In this document: piece after piece, positions 47,629 to 60,400 of the stretch
How positions within the stretch are numbered: position 1 is the first letter of the stretch
Layout of the letters: each line of letters opens with the position of its first letter
IMG/VR virus record: IMGVR_UViG_3300043410_001892
Location: 248,001-312,000 of that record
DNA: 64,000 nt
Direction: 5' to 3' (one strand)
Translations under genes and position numbers: made by a program
The notes under the pieces: model-generated
Databases searched by the model: none
What the model was told of the DNA's origin: nothing
Seen by the model: the letters and a program-made list of their open reading frames with translations, nothing else

Positions 47629-50325
47629 TTAAATCTTTGTATAACCCCAAGAAACAGATTGAGATGAACCGCTGGTATTATTGATAACGAATTCAAAAAC
47701 GTTTGAAGGAGTACCACGAGTAGAGCTATCTCTAACTATAGTACCTGCAGTTCCTACAAGTTGAGTAGGTAACGTGGTAAAATCTAACAAAGATCCTGCA
47801 CCACTATACACATACGCAAACTGTTGTCCTAATGCAGGTAGGTTAGCGTTAGTTATTGTCGCAGTAGCATTCCATGAAATAACCCCATTGTTTACTATTC
47901 CTTTAACCCACATAGTGTAAGTACCATTTACTGGAACTTGAAAACTTACAGTATTACTACCGGTAGTCAATGTCCATGACCCTTCATTACGTAAATCAGT
48001 TCTATATGTTAGCTCTTTAGTAGTAGTATCATAGGTTACAAAATTATTATAGTTTACGTTTCTAACTGGGTCTACAAAGAATCCTGATTCAGAACTAGAT
48101 AAATCTACTCCAGACGCATTAAGAATAATACTGTTAGCATGCTGACTAACTGGTCCTGCATGGAAACCAATCGCAATAGCATTAGCTCCTTGACTGGTAT
48201 TACCGGCATACGCACCAATAGCAATAGCATTAGATCCTTGAGTATTATGTCCTGTAAGTACACCAATAGCAATAGCGTAATTACCTTGGTTGAGACCACC
48301 TGCACCAGACCCTAAGCCTACAGCATAATTACCTTGGTTTTGTCTGCCTGCTTGATTACCGATAGCAACAGGGTCATTAGTAATCTGGCTATATTTACCT
48401 GCTTCCCAACCGAATCTAATTGCTGAAGCAAGATTTCCAGTCCATGCAGTAGTTTGTATAGTTGCATCTGGAAAGGTTAAAGTACCGTTTGTTCCAAATG
48501 TAAAATCGTTCTCAGTGTAAGTTGAGAAGTTTGGAGGACTTGCCATTGACAGATATCTTGTACGAATTACTAAATTCTCTTCAGTAGTTGTTTGGATAAT
48601 TTCCGGAACTTGTAGTTTTCCATTACCAAGTACTGATAACGAATTAGTACCAGCAGTTATGCTAACACTCGATAATAATAATTGGTGATCAGCATAAAAA
48701 TCAAGTATAGTAGTTAATGCCGTTAAAATTTGAGTATGCATATTTGCTGAAATAGCAGGGTAAAACAATAACGGAGCAGGTGGGCTTGATGGTATGTCGT
48801 TTTGAATTTCCCATGCTTGATTAACAATATTAATATAGGATTGAGCATTAGTTCCATTTACATTATCCCAACCTGCAAATGGCCAACCTTCAAGTGTTAT
48901 ACTTGGGTTATTATCAATTGCATATACAAATTCATTTATTCTCATGTTTTCCCATGTAGCAATTGCATGAGTGTACTTAATATCTGCATCAGCAATCTCT
49001 GAACCAGTGGTTGGTTCAATAACGCTATTGTTTGGTAAAATCAATGAACCAGTAGTTGAAAGAGTTAATTGATGATAATTTGATTCAAGTGTGATATGTC
49101 CAGGAGCAGTTCCAGATCCAGCTGTAATGCGAATATTACCGCCATTTGTTACTGAATTACCTGCAGATAATGTTATATCCCCACCTGTAGTATGTCCATA
49201 ACCACCATCAATGTTAACATAACCTCCACTGCCGGATACATCGCTATCGCCTGCATAGATTTTAATATCCCCACCATTTACATCTGAATCCCCACCCCAT
49301 ATATAAACATCGCCGCCTTCACCTGAACCAGTTCCGCGTTGGCCTTGCACAATTATGCGTTGCGCAGATGACCCAGATGCAGGAGTTGGGCCTGTGATAA
49401 TAACTTGCTTTGTTGGATCATCAAACTTTAAAACTTGTCCGCTTTGCACTCCACCGTTATGTAAATCTACAGATAATGTTGGGAATGTTGTAGTACCAGT
49501 TGAGTTAAATTCCCATGTATTAGAACTTACATTTATAATTAAACTATCTGCAGCTACTCGTTCTTGCCAGATACTATAGCTAATTGTTACCTCGTGTGCT
49601 ATTGGTGCTGCTGATGGACTGATTGTATCTGGGGGAAGTTGAAGTATTTCGTTATATGTTAGATGACTTACTGGTAATGTGATACCCCATGGATATCCTG
49701 GTAATGAAGAAAACTCATAAAATAGTGCTTCTAATTCAACAAGAGCATTTACGTAAACTGATTCTAATTGTGATAACTCATTACCGGTATCTAAAATAAT
49801 TCTACGAGCAGCTGATAATTCAACATCTCCGGATATTTGCATGTTTAAAGTTGAATCACCGTTAGTGATTGCACCTGGTACAGTTAATGTGCCATTGTTA
49901 TCAAATGCCCAAGTATGTAATGCAGGATTGTATGTATTAATTACAACTGAAGAATAACTTGATAATGCAATTGGACTATCTTCAACACCAATTAATTCAC
50001 TACCGTCAATTTGTAGTTGTGTATCATTTTTTACAGGAAAACTAATAGTGCCATTTGTATTTAATGTTACTGTATAGTTACCATTAATCATTTCGTTAGT
50101 AAACCCTGCAGGACCTTGAGGTCCAGTAGCACCAGTAGCGCCAGTTAAACCAGTAGCACCTGTATCTCCAATAAAGAAGCTTAAATTAGACCATTGAGAG
50201 GTTCCGTTACCTATTTTAATTTTATGTAAAGTGGTATCTAATCCAAGTTCTCCTTGACTTAGAATAGGATTTACTGAATTCCAATTTGCAGTAGTATCCC
50301 TTCTTATTTGTATTTTATTTGCCAT
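47629..50325 (-). CDS. tail fibre / receptor-binding protein (Mtd-like N-terminus, YadA-like head repeats)
   Basis: KIQIRRDTTANW...NPILSQGELG, KIGNG; QGxNAIAIG repeats. Confidence 0.8.
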   Translation of the reverse strand: MANKIQIRRDTTANWNSVNPILSQGELGLDTTLHKIKIGNGTSQWSNLSFFIGDTGATGLTGATGATGPQGPAGFTNEMINGNYTVTLNTNGTISFPVKNDTQLQIDGSELIGVEDSPIALSSYSSVVINTYNPALHTWAFDNNGTLTVPGAITNGDSTLNMQISGDVELSAARRIILDTGNELSQLESVYVNALVELEALFYEFSSLPGYPWGITLPVSHLTYNEILQLPPDTISPSAAPIAHEVTISYSIWQERVAADSLIINVSSNTWEFNSTGTTTFPTLSVDLHNGGVQSGQVLKFDDPTKQVIITGPTPASGSSAQRIIVQGQRGTGSGEGGDVYIWGGDSDVNGGDIKIYAGDSDVSGSGGYVNIDGGYGHTTGGDITLSAGNSVTNGGNIRITAGSGTAPGHITLESNYHQLTLSTTGSLILPNNSVIEPTTGSEIADADIKYTHAIATWENMRINEFVYAIDNNPSITLEGWPFAGWDNVNGTNAQSYINIVNQAWEIQNDIPSSPPAPLLFYPAISANMHTQILTALTTILDFYADHQLLLSSVSITAGTNSLSVLGNGKLQVPEIIQTTTEENLVIRTRYLSMASPPNFSTYTENDFTFGTNGTLTFPDATIQTTAWTGNLASAIRFGWEAGKYSQITNDPVAIGNQAGRQNQGNYAVGLGSGAGGLNQGNYAIAIGVLTGHNTQGSNAIAIGAYAGNTSQGANAIAIGFHAGPVSQHANSIILNASGVDLSSSESGFFVDPVRNVNYNNFVTYDTTTKELTYRTDLRNEGSWTLTTGSNTVSFQVPVNGTYTMWVKGIVNNGVISWNATATITNANLPALGQQFAYVYSGAGSLLDFTTLPTQLVGTAGTIVRDSSTRGTPSNVFEFVINNTSGSSQSVSWGYTKI

Positions 50326-50684
50326 TATGCGGCTCCTCCGTTGATTAGCATATCTGTGAATGTGTCTGTAGTAGCGTCACCGCCAGTAAAAGTTGGATCC
50401 TCAAATATTGTAGACGCGAAACCGCCATCTACAAGTGAACTTGTATTATATAAATTAAGTGCATTATCTGGGTCGTTATAAGTAGCTGTGAGACCAAACA
50501 GAGTCCCATTGGAAATCATAGCTGCTATAGTGTCTTGTATAAGTTCTTGAAGAGTGGTACTTGAACCACCTGTGATTTCGTACAATTCTGCAAAGTTAGC
50601 GTTAACTTTGTTAAAAGCGGCTTGTAAAGTATCGCCGCTTTTATCATTTGGAAATGTACCTGTGTTTATTATTAATCTTGACAT
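50325..50684 (-). CDS. virion structural protein (baseplate-wedge-like N-terminus)
   Basis: INTGTFPNDKSGDTLQAAFNKVNANFAELY. Confidence 0.7.
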   Translation of the reverse strand: MSRLIINTGTFPNDKSGDTLQAAFNKVNANFAELYEITGGSSTTLQELIQDTIAAMISNGTLFGLTATYNDPDNALNLYNTSSLVDGGFASTIFEDPTFTGGDATTDTFTDMLINGGAA

Positions 50685-50741
50685 ATTAGATCCTCGTTCT
50701 AATATTTATCGTAAAACGAGGATCAATACTGATTGATAATA

Positions 50742-53700
50742 TTATGCTTGTGCTTCTGACCAGCACAACCGTGCTGCTACACTAGCGTTAGCACCCAATG
50801 GAGTAACACAAATTGTAAGAATATCTGGACCATCTGGGTAAGTGTTTGATGCAGTTGGTGAAACAAATAGTGTATTACCACCACCAAACATACTGTTACC
50901 AATATCACGTACTTTTGATAAGTCTTGTGAACTAACACCACCAGCTGGAGCAAAGAATGTAAAGATACATTCACCACCTGTAACAGTAGCTGCAGTTGAA
51001 TGCGATGCATATTGTGCTAAACTTGAACCACCTACAGGGTTAAATGTTCCATTTGAAACCCTTGCGTTAATGAATAATTCAACTTTAACACCAGATGTTG
51101 TTACATATACACCCATTGACGCTGGAGCAAGCTGCATACGGTTGATAATTTCTCTAGCTCCTAAAATACCAGTGAAACCACTATCAACACTTGGTGATAA
51201 ACGAACACTGAATACAGGATATCTAACACCAACGTTTGCATAAACTACTGGAGTTTGTAAACCATAGTTAAACAAGAACGATTTATCATCGTCGTATCTA
51301 CCATCCATCATTACAGCAGAACCCCAGTGACTGATTGAGCTTGCAACTTGTGGAGCATAAACTGATACCATAACTGGTGCAGTTGCACTATATGTAAATG
51401 TTTGTGCAGAAGATAAACCACCACCGCCTGTTAAACCGCCAGGACCTGTTAAGTTAACTCTTGCGCGTGTTAAACCAGTAAAGGTAGTAGCTGTTTTACC
51501 TGTATATTGAACAAATTCAGTAACAGCAGAAACAGTTGTTCCTGAAGCTTGAATACAAATATACCCTGCAGGTGGGAAACCTTCAGTTGACAACACATTG
51601 ATAGTTGTTGTTTCAACGTTTGAAACAGTTTGTGTTATTCTTGTGTATGGCCAGTATGTGTTAGCTTCATAACGAGCTGGTAAGTTACCAGAACGCATGT
51701 AAGCTTCAGACATAGCGTTACCATGTGCCAAACGATGAGCATACATAGCTTCACCACGGTGGTTTTTAAAGCCCCAACGAATTGGACCTGCACCGTACCA
51801 TGTATAATCCATTAACCACATTTGCATTTTAGTAATATCTAAGTTGAAACCACTTGATCCTGTTCCGTCACATTTATCAATGTTCCATTGACTTTGTGGA
51901 ATTTTAGTATCGATTGTTTTACTAACAACAACAAGTGTAGGAGTATAAATTGGAGTACCACGATACTCAGGATAAATTGTCATAGATGTTTGTGACTCGA
52001 TACTAACAACTGTATGAGATTGTCCTCTGATAACAACAAAATCACCTGGTATTAATTGTTCTGCCCATTTTGTTCCTGTACCTGTACAACGTTGTTCACC
52101 TGTGAACAATGTAGTGATATAACCTGAGATTTGAGTAGTACTTGATCTACGAACTGCAAATACTGTTTGACCATCATATTGGAAGAAGAAACCATTTTGT
52201 GTATCAAACATACCAATTCTTAAACTTGCACCGTACCATTGATATGGTTGAACTACAATATTCATACCACCAAGACCGCCAGTTGCAGGTGAAGCACTTG
52301 GGGCAACTAATGCAATATAAGTAAATGTTAAATCACTTGCTGGTTGCGCACTAACTGTAAATGTACCATTGTAATCAGCTTGATCACAACCTGAAACTTT
52401 AATTGTTGCACCTTGACCTAAGTTGTGTGGCAATTTAGTTGTTACAGTAACAGTAGTACCTGATGCAGTAATTGTATCAACTTGGAATGGGTTACAGAAG
52501 TTTGTACCAGTGTTAAATGAAATACCTTTACCAGATTGGTATCTGAAATAACGACGTGTTTGGCGAATTAATTGGTTGCCATGATATGGTAAACCAACAC
52601 CAAATTGAACACCGCCGTCAAATGGTCTATGAATACTTGAACCCCATGATCTTGCAAATAAGATAGAACCAGAATGTGAAAGGGTTAATGATGAAACTGA
52701 TGCAGATGTTGTATAACCCGAACCTGCGGCAAAAATACCAACTTGGAGAATACCACCAGTGGTTGTTGTTGCTAATACTTTAACAAACCCGTTAGTTCCA
52801 CCTGGTACAGATAAAATATCATTAACGTTGTATAATGAACCAGCAGTTACTACAGATGCTGAAATTAAAGCACCACTAGTTGCAACTGTTGAAAGAACTA
52901 AACCAGAACCTGGAGGTGTAATTGTAAGTGAACCTGGGGCATTGATTACATCAAATGTAAATGTTACTGCATTTAATACAGTTTTTACAAACCATGAACC
53001 GTTCATGTTTGTATTACCAGTGTTAACTACAAAGATAGCTGAACCAACGGTTAAACCATGTGGCATTGTAGTAATACATTGTACGTTAGTACCGGATGGG
53101 CAATAAAACCCTTTAGTTGTATCAGCAGCACCAGCAGTAATAGTAATACCTGCTCCGGTATAGAATGTACCAACAAACATGTAAGTTTTTGTACTATCAT
53201 ATATGTTTGTAATAACAGGAATACTGCCATCACGAGCCAGGTAAGTAAACGCTGTTGGTGCAGAACCGCTTAATGATGGAGCTGCGGTTGGAATAATCCA
53301 GCCGTTTGCTACCGGGTAAATTGCATCTTGAACAAATATTGGAGTACTTGCAGTAATTGGGAAACCTAATTGCATTGTATAAGTTGTTGTAGCACCTGCA
53401 GTACCTGATACTGTTATTGTATATACGTTAGCAACTGGACCAGTTACACTCGTAACAGTTGAACCAACAGCAATAGAACTACCACCATTGTTTAATACTT
53501 GCATACCAACTATTGGCGCCATGTTTGGACTTGTAATTGTTAAAATGTTGGTATTAACAGTAGCACTAAAAGTACCGGTAACATACATTAAGTTTACAGT
53601 TACAACTCGAGAACCACCACCTGTTGGAATCATACTAACAATACCAACAGGTGCAGTATAATCGTAAAATGCTGATAAACGATTATTCATTAAACCAACT

Positions 53701-54095
53701 GTTTCCCATTTGGTTTGTTGAACACCATATTCAAAGTCAGTATCAATTAATGATTGAGCAGTACTGGTACGTAATTTCCCAATTGGATCTTGCAGTACTT
53801 CTGAAGGTTGAAATGATTCGTTTGTTTCTTCAATTAAAATTGATAATTTATCAGTGCTACTCATTGAAGTAGTATTATAAGTTAATACAATGGTAGTAGC
53901 TTCGTTATTAGCAATAATCGAAGGTGTATATGCCGATGCAGTTAATGAGCTGTCGGCAAAGTTATAGATCACAGTGTTAGTAGTAACGTTTGTGATCAAG
54001 ATTAGCTGTTCTCTACGTAAATAGCGGCCAGTAATTGAAACTGTACGGCTCGCAGGAGTAAAGGTATAAGCTTCTAAAAGAATTCTTTTTGCCAT
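50742..54095 (-). CDS. large tail/virion structural protein
   Basis: 1117 aa Thr/Gly-rich; GWSNIDKCDG-type lectin-like core (WNIDKCDG...QMW..DY.WYGAG). Confidence 0.65.
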   Translation of the reverse strand: MAKRILLEAYTFTPASRTVSITGRYLRREQLILITNVTTNTVIYNFADSSLTASAYTPSIIANNEATTIVLTYNTTSMSSTDKLSILIEETNESFQPSEVLQDPIGKLRTSTAQSLIDTDFEYGVQQTKWETVGLMNNRLSAFYDYTAPVGIVSMIPTGGGSRVVTVNLMYVTGTFSATVNTNILTITSPNMAPIVGMQVLNNGGSSIAVGSTVTSVTGPVANVYTITVSGTAGATTTYTMQLGFPITASTPIFVQDAIYPVANGWIIPTAAPSLSGSAPTAFTYLARDGSIPVITNIYDSTKTYMFVGTFYTGAGITITAGAADTTKGFYCPSGTNVQCITTMPHGLTVGSAIFVVNTGNTNMNGSWFVKTVLNAVTFTFDVINAPGSLTITPPGSGLVLSTVATSGALISASVVTAGSLYNVNDILSVPGGTNGFVKVLATTTTGGILQVGIFAAGSGYTTSASVSSLTLSHSGSILFARSWGSSIHRPFDGGVQFGVGLPYHGNQLIRQTRRYFRYQSGKGISFNTGTNFCNPFQVDTITASGTTVTVTTKLPHNLGQGATIKVSGCDQADYNGTFTVSAQPASDLTFTYIALVAPSASPATGGLGGMNIVVQPYQWYGASLRIGMFDTQNGFFFQYDGQTVFAVRRSSTTQISGYITTLFTGEQRCTGTGTKWAEQLIPGDFVVIRGQSHTVVSIESQTSMTIYPEYRGTPIYTPTLVVVSKTIDTKIPQSQWNIDKCDGTGSSGFNLDITKMQMWLMDYTWYGAGPIRWGFKNHRGEAMYAHRLAHGNAMSEAYMRSGNLPARYEANTYWPYTRITQTVSNVETTTINVLSTEGFPPAGYICIQASGTTVSAVTEFVQYTGKTATTFTGLTRARVNLTGPGGLTGGGGLSSAQTFTYSATAPVMVSVYAPQVASSISHWGSAVMMDGRYDDDKSFLFNYGLQTPVVYANVGVRYPVFSVRLSPSVDSGFTGILGAREIINRMQLAPASMGVYVTTSGVKVELFINARVSNGTFNPVGGSSLAQYASHSTAATVTGGECIFTFFAPAGGVSSQDLSKVRDIGNSMFGGGNTLFVSPTASNTYPDGPDILTICVTPLGANASVAARLCWSEAQA

Positions 54096-54107
54096 TTGTA
54101 TGTCCTA

Positions 54108-54452
54108 TTATTTTGGTTTTGTAGATGTCGTTGTTGTAGTTTTTTCTTCAACTGGAGCAGCTTCTTCAACTGGAGCAGCTTCTTCAACTACAGGATCAGT
54201 TTCTTCAACTGGAGCAGTTTCACTGACTGGAGCACCTGGGACATCGATCAACCATTCAAACCCATTAACATTAACATCGTGTTGAACTGCAAAAATAATT
54301 TTGCCTTGGTAATTTAAAATGTGGCAATCTCCACCAGTTAATCGAGCACTACGATCCATTGCGTCTGCTAACGATAACCCAACTACTTCGTAAAAGTGCG
54401 TGTGGTTAGGAAATGCAGCATTTAATTCGTCAAACATAATTTTTATCCTCAT
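54108..54452 (-). CDS. hypothetical protein with APVEE repeats
   Basis: C-terminal low-complexity repeats. Confidence 0.55.
   Translation of the reverse strand: MRIKIMFDELNAAFPNHTHFYEVVGLSLADAMDRSARLTGGDCHILNYQGKIIFAVQHDVNVNGFEWLIDVPGAPVSETAPVEETDPVVEEAAPVEEAAPVEEKTTTTTSTKPK
54144..54235. repeat. 18-bp tandem coding repeat
   Basis: (TTCTTCAACTGGAGCAGC)n, imperfect. Confidence 0.8.
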
Positions 54453-54473
54453 ATATTTTGTAATAGTATTTAG

Positions 54474-57400
54474 CTAATTCCAGAATTGAATAGTTTCTTT
54501 TTTCTGGGTGCTAACTCCGTCCCCGTTCATGATTGTATGGTAATTTGATGTAATAAACTTGTCAACTCGTCCTCTACTATCTATCATAATACGGGTCATA
54601 TCGTTAAATCTAATTTTAGTTCCGATACCTTTTTCTGCTACTGTTTCAACTTTAGGTGCAAGTACAGTATTTAAGAAACTGTTATCAGCTCTTATAATAT
54701 TATATTTTACTCCAGTGTTAACAGTAAACTTATTGATATCACTTGTTAATTTAACAACTTGTTTTGATAACGTACTCCAAATTGGTGATTCAAATACTGG
54801 AATACTTCTCGATTTAAATATATTTATTCTAGGAGTTCTATTATTGTTAGTAAATGTAGAAACAGATTGATTAACTGTTTTACCCCATACAAAGAACATA
54901 CCTGATGTACTTGGTAAATCATATGGATTCTTAATAATCACCGAATCAGCTGATACAGATTCAATTGAGAATATTCTATCATACCCTGAGTTAGGTTGTA
55001 ATATTCTAATATACCTACTGTCAATTGTCATTGGTATAGGGTTAATATACAATGTAACGTATGCTGCTGACGAATCAATTATTGAAAGTATATCATTGCG
55101 TTCTTCAAATGCATACCACTCTGCAATTGTTGGTAACGTACTTCTTCCATTTATACCGTTTACATAAATTGGCACATTTGACCATGATAGATAAGATGAA
55201 ACAGTAGTTGATTCTACTTCTTTACTAACATAACTTTCAATAGAAGTTAGTTTAGTTGCTGATACTACTTTACTAACTGTAAACTTATTAGGTTCACCTT
55301 TAGCGTTATAAGTAATTGCAGTTGAGTTAACAGTAAACTTGTTTGGCTCACCTCGAATACCTGTTTTAGGTAATGTTACTGAACTCAATGAATTGTTATT
55401 TCTTAACTCTCCAACATTATGGAATAATGCTTTATTAAGTGGTTTAATTCTTGAATAATACAAATTCTCTTTAGGTGATACAGGCGGTGCAATAGTTACT
55501 ACTAAATCCTGTGGATAGATTGACGATACTGCTTTTTCAATATATAAATTATCGGTTACATATAAATCAGTAGGTTGTGGAATTGTTATTGAATTTGTAG
55601 TACCTGCAATTACTGTAACATATATCGAATATGGGTAATTTGTTATTTTAACCAAACTTCCTGTTGGGAATGGTACAAATGTTTGTGCATCAAAATATAA
55701 TGTTTTAACAGTATTAACACCAGTTAAGTAATGTAGTATATCGTTTTCGTTTGCATACCAATTTGCAGTATCTGTAGAAGTCGTAGTAGTATCAACACTT
55801 TGTAAACTTACTCTTATTTTAAAATCACCTGGGATAGTATCTGCAGGGAACACTTCTAATCGATCAGTTTTTGAAACACCAATAGCACCAAGTGATACTG
55901 AATTATAGAAAGATACCCCTCGTAAGTTTGGTTGGTTTTCCGCAGCAAATAAGTTTTCTCTTGGTAATGTTGACTGCCGTATAATACCTTGTGGCATTAA
56001 GACTGATGATGCATAGTCTTTAGAATATACAGGAGACGTTACACTAACAATTCTAATTGGCCCTTTTGGAAAATTAGGAATTGAATTTATTGTAATTGAA
56101 AACAAAGTAGAATCAATTACTTCAACTACTTCGCTAAAACTACCATCTACTTGTTCAATTTTAACAAAATGTCCAGTATAGAAACGCTTATCAACACCTT
56201 CAAATGCAAAGAACAATGTTCTCGTTGTTCCAACATTATCAACTACTTCTGAGATTACATTAGTATATTCAAATATCAACCAATCAATAATACTTGATTT
56301 TGATTCATTGAAAAGATTAACTGAAACATTAGTTGGTACGTTGTAATAGTTGTTTAATGATGCAGGATCTGGTTTAATTCTTAAATCAAATAATGCTTCG
56401 TTTGGTGCTGATAATCTAACACCAATACCTAAATTAACAATACCAGTTGGGAAGTAAATTGGGAACATATTTGGATTAGCAGTAACAGATTCGTTACGAC
56501 CAAACTTCAATGTTGGTAACTGATCAGCAAGTCGTTTGTTATCAGTTGATTTACCATATTTCCCAGATGCCATAGTTGCATAAAACAGATTCTCGCTTGG
56601 AGTACTTGGTTTAGTATTAACTATAACAGTTCTTTGATCAGTTGTTGATATTATAATGTTTGATAATATGTTAGAAAGATCAGGTTTTACTACAAACTTA
56701 GATGTAGAAAAATTAACTTTTGGTGATTCAAGTATTACATTATTAGGTACTGTGAATCGATCAACTTTATTAGTTTTTAAAATAGCTTGATCAGCTGTTA
56801 ATTTCAGTAATTGCGATACTGGGTTTGAAACTGGTGTTTCTGTAGTAGTATAGCTTGCTGATTTAAACTTAGAAATACTGTAGATATTATTATTGTCTGT
56901 ATAACTAACAGTTGCATCAACTGAATCAAAGCCCCATTGCATAAACATGTTAGAAATACTTGGAAAATCAATCGGTTTAACAATTGTAATTGAGTTTGCA
57001 GTATTTGAAATTAATGTTACAGTTTGAGAATATCCAGTGTCTTTTATCAATCGAACTGAAATATTATTGTATATAGTTGGCATAAAGATGTCGGTAAAAT
57101 ACAATGTAATATTTGGCGATGATAAGTTTGTTGTTGTTAATTTATCAAATTCAAATGCATACCATGCTGCAGTATTTGCAGAATTAGAATTTGTACCAAT
57201 TATAGCAACTGGTGTATTCCATTTAATAACAGGTGTAGTTACAATTGATTTAACTTCTCTTGATGCATATGATTTATCGCTTGCAAGTTTAAATAATTGC
57301 TGTCTGATATCACCTTTTGATGTTGAAACACTATTTGTTGTTGTGGCTGCATTATAAGTCTTAGCAGAACGTAATACTGGACTTATTAACCCATAGAACA

Positions 57401-60400
57401 AGTTTTCTCTTGCATTAACCGGCGGACGAGTAGCATCAAATACCAATGATTGTGGGAAGTACGATGGACTTGAACTGTAAATCGATGTTCCTGCATTAGT
57501 TGTAATAAATGCAGATGTTTTTACAAATGATATTGTTGAAAACGTAGTTGCTGTAACTTGTACAGGATATGTTCCACCGTCTATCATTGATATAGTTACC
57601 GTAGAGTTTAATCTGAAAATGTACGATTGCTGTGTAGCAAATGATACCGTAGTTCCAAAGTAAATGTACAATTCAGAATCTGGAATGTTATCATTTAGAA
57701 TGGTTATACTTGTAGCAGTTGACGAAAGTACATTAACAGTTTTGAAATATCCAGTATCATATTTTATTAAAGTAACGGTTGATCCAATAGTTCTTCCAGT
57801 TGTATTTGTAAATGTTAGTGTGATATTTACAGGTGCTGCAAGTGGAGTTATTGTTAAAATATCTGAATCATAAGTATACCAAGTGCTAACATTGTTTAAG
57901 GTTGATTTAGTTCTACCTGAAATTAATATAGCAGTATCTACCGATGTAATAACTGGTGTTAAGTTTTCAATAACTCCTTTAACATTCTCAAATACTTCTA
58001 ATCTTGGTTTAACTTGATACGAGATTGTATCACCTCTAACTACTGTTGATTGGTTAACTTTTGAAGTAGTGAATACAGGTGTTGCATCCGATCTTAAAAC
58101 TGTGCTAATTCTTGTACTACTAATTTTTGGTGTTTCAAACACTACTGTATTAGTGATTGGTGTTTTTAGCTGTTTAAATGTTACAACCTTAAATGAAGTG
58201 TTATCGCTTCTTACAACAATACTTGGTGATGTTTTATTCACTAATGGCACTATACCTGCACTGGCTAATTTTGCAGGTGGGCTTTTAAGAATAAATGGTA
58301 TAACATTTGTATCAAAGTAGCTAACAGTTTCAGTTGTAGTATTTGTACCCATTAACATATACATTCCAGATATAGTTGGGAATGCAATAGGCATTGCAAT
58401 GGTTACTGATGATGTTGTGTATGAAATTAGATCAAATATTCTATCATAGTTTTCAGCCGGTAAAATTATACGAATTTTATCAATTTTAAAATTACGTGTA
58501 TTTGAAAAATACAAGGTCAATGTATTTTCCATAGAATCGTATGTTTTTATTGTATTGTATAAATCGTCACGTAAGTACCAGTTAGCTACAGATGGTGTTG
58601 TGCTTATTCCACTTCTACCAGAAATATAAAATACATCAGATAACCATTTTACAGTTGGTGTTGTAACTACAGTTGAAACTGTTTTAGATGCATAGTTTTG
58701 TACTGATGTAAGTTTAGTAGTTGACGTAGTCTTACCAACCGCTAGTGTAGTTTGATCTTGCGCAAGTGTACGATTATAATCATTAACAAATACCGAAGTT
58801 GGTAATGTTCTTGATAACAATTTATAATACGTATCGTGCGGAGCATGTCCTGTAGCAGAAGAAGTTTGCCATCCAGGATATACAAATGGACTTGCATTAG
58901 TAACTGTTACAATTGAATTTGTAGTATCGTAGAATCTTGATTTAACAAATGTAACCGAATAACTTGTATTGCTCACAACTGGAAATGACAATGCATAGTT
59001 ATACGTGTTTGATGCTACTTTAACATAAGTTCCAAATCCATTACCAATATAGGATGGGAATATAGCAGTTGAGTTAATATAAATGTGTAAGTTTGAAGTA
59101 CTTGTTAAATCATCTGATGTTGCAATAGTAACACTATCGGTTGTTGATGAAATAACAGGAACTACTTTAAAATACCCAGTTGTATAATTTATTAAGGTAA
59201 TAGATGAACCAATGCTATATGTAGTTGGACCAAAATATAAAGTAACAGTTGCACTTGGTGCAAGATTTGTTAATTTGAAAATATTAGATTCAGTTGTATA
59301 CCAAGAAATTACATTAGTTGTATAGGTTGCTGATCTTCCAATAATTGGAATAGTATTTTCAATAGTTTGTGTAACATTAATCGGTTGATCATATGTAAAC
59401 CCAATGTTATCAAATGTTTCTAATCTTGGTTTAGCTTGATATGCAATCGAATCACCTCGCAGCATCGTTTGAAGTAATACTTTTGATACCTGTGGTACTG
59501 ATGTTTCAACAAAACTTTTTACAGCAAACTTCTCAACAATTGGTGTTTGATTAGTATTAGTGTATGTAACTGTTTCAATATTAGTTGATGTACCCCATAT
59601 TGCATACATTCCATTAATGGGTGGGAAATTCCCTGGATTTGTAATTGTTACTGAGTTAACAGTAGATGAAACAATTGTAAAAATTTGACTGTAACTTACT
59701 GTAGGTTGCATAATACGGATCTTATCACCTATCAAAGGATAAGGTGTAGGACCGTAATATAATGTTATAGTGTTACCAAGATCAGTTGTAGTTATAAAGG
59801 TATTTGATTCAAATGCATACCATCTTTGAATAGAAGGATTAGTACTAATGCCTTTAATACCAGTTATTGGAGTATTTGATCCCCAAATAACTGTAGGTGT
59901 TGATACAGTTGATGCCACACCTTTACTTGGATACATTTTATCAACTGATACTACCTTAGCAATTTGTTTTGCTAAATTACCAGATGTAACTGTTGTTTTA
60001 TCGGCAATAACTTTAACTGAAATCGATGTACTGCTAACTTTAATTTTACTTGGTTCTCCAGTTACTACAATTGCTTTTAATTTTACACTGTTAGATGGTA
60101 GTTGTACAGGTGCATCTCTTAATATAGTCAATTGTTTAGTAACATTTGAAACTGCTGGAATCTCAAACGTCTGTATATTTGATGCTTTAAATAACTTAAC
60201 AATGTTGATTGAATCGTTAGCAGTGTAAGATACTGAAGTAGTAGTTACATCTTGTCCCCAAACAAAATACAATCCGGTAATAGCTGGGAAATTTCCAGGA
60301 TCTTGAATTGTAATTGAGTCATATGTAGATGAAACTGGTATAAAGACTTTATCGTAACTAGTTGCAGTATTTCTAATTCTTACTCGATTAGTTTTGTTAC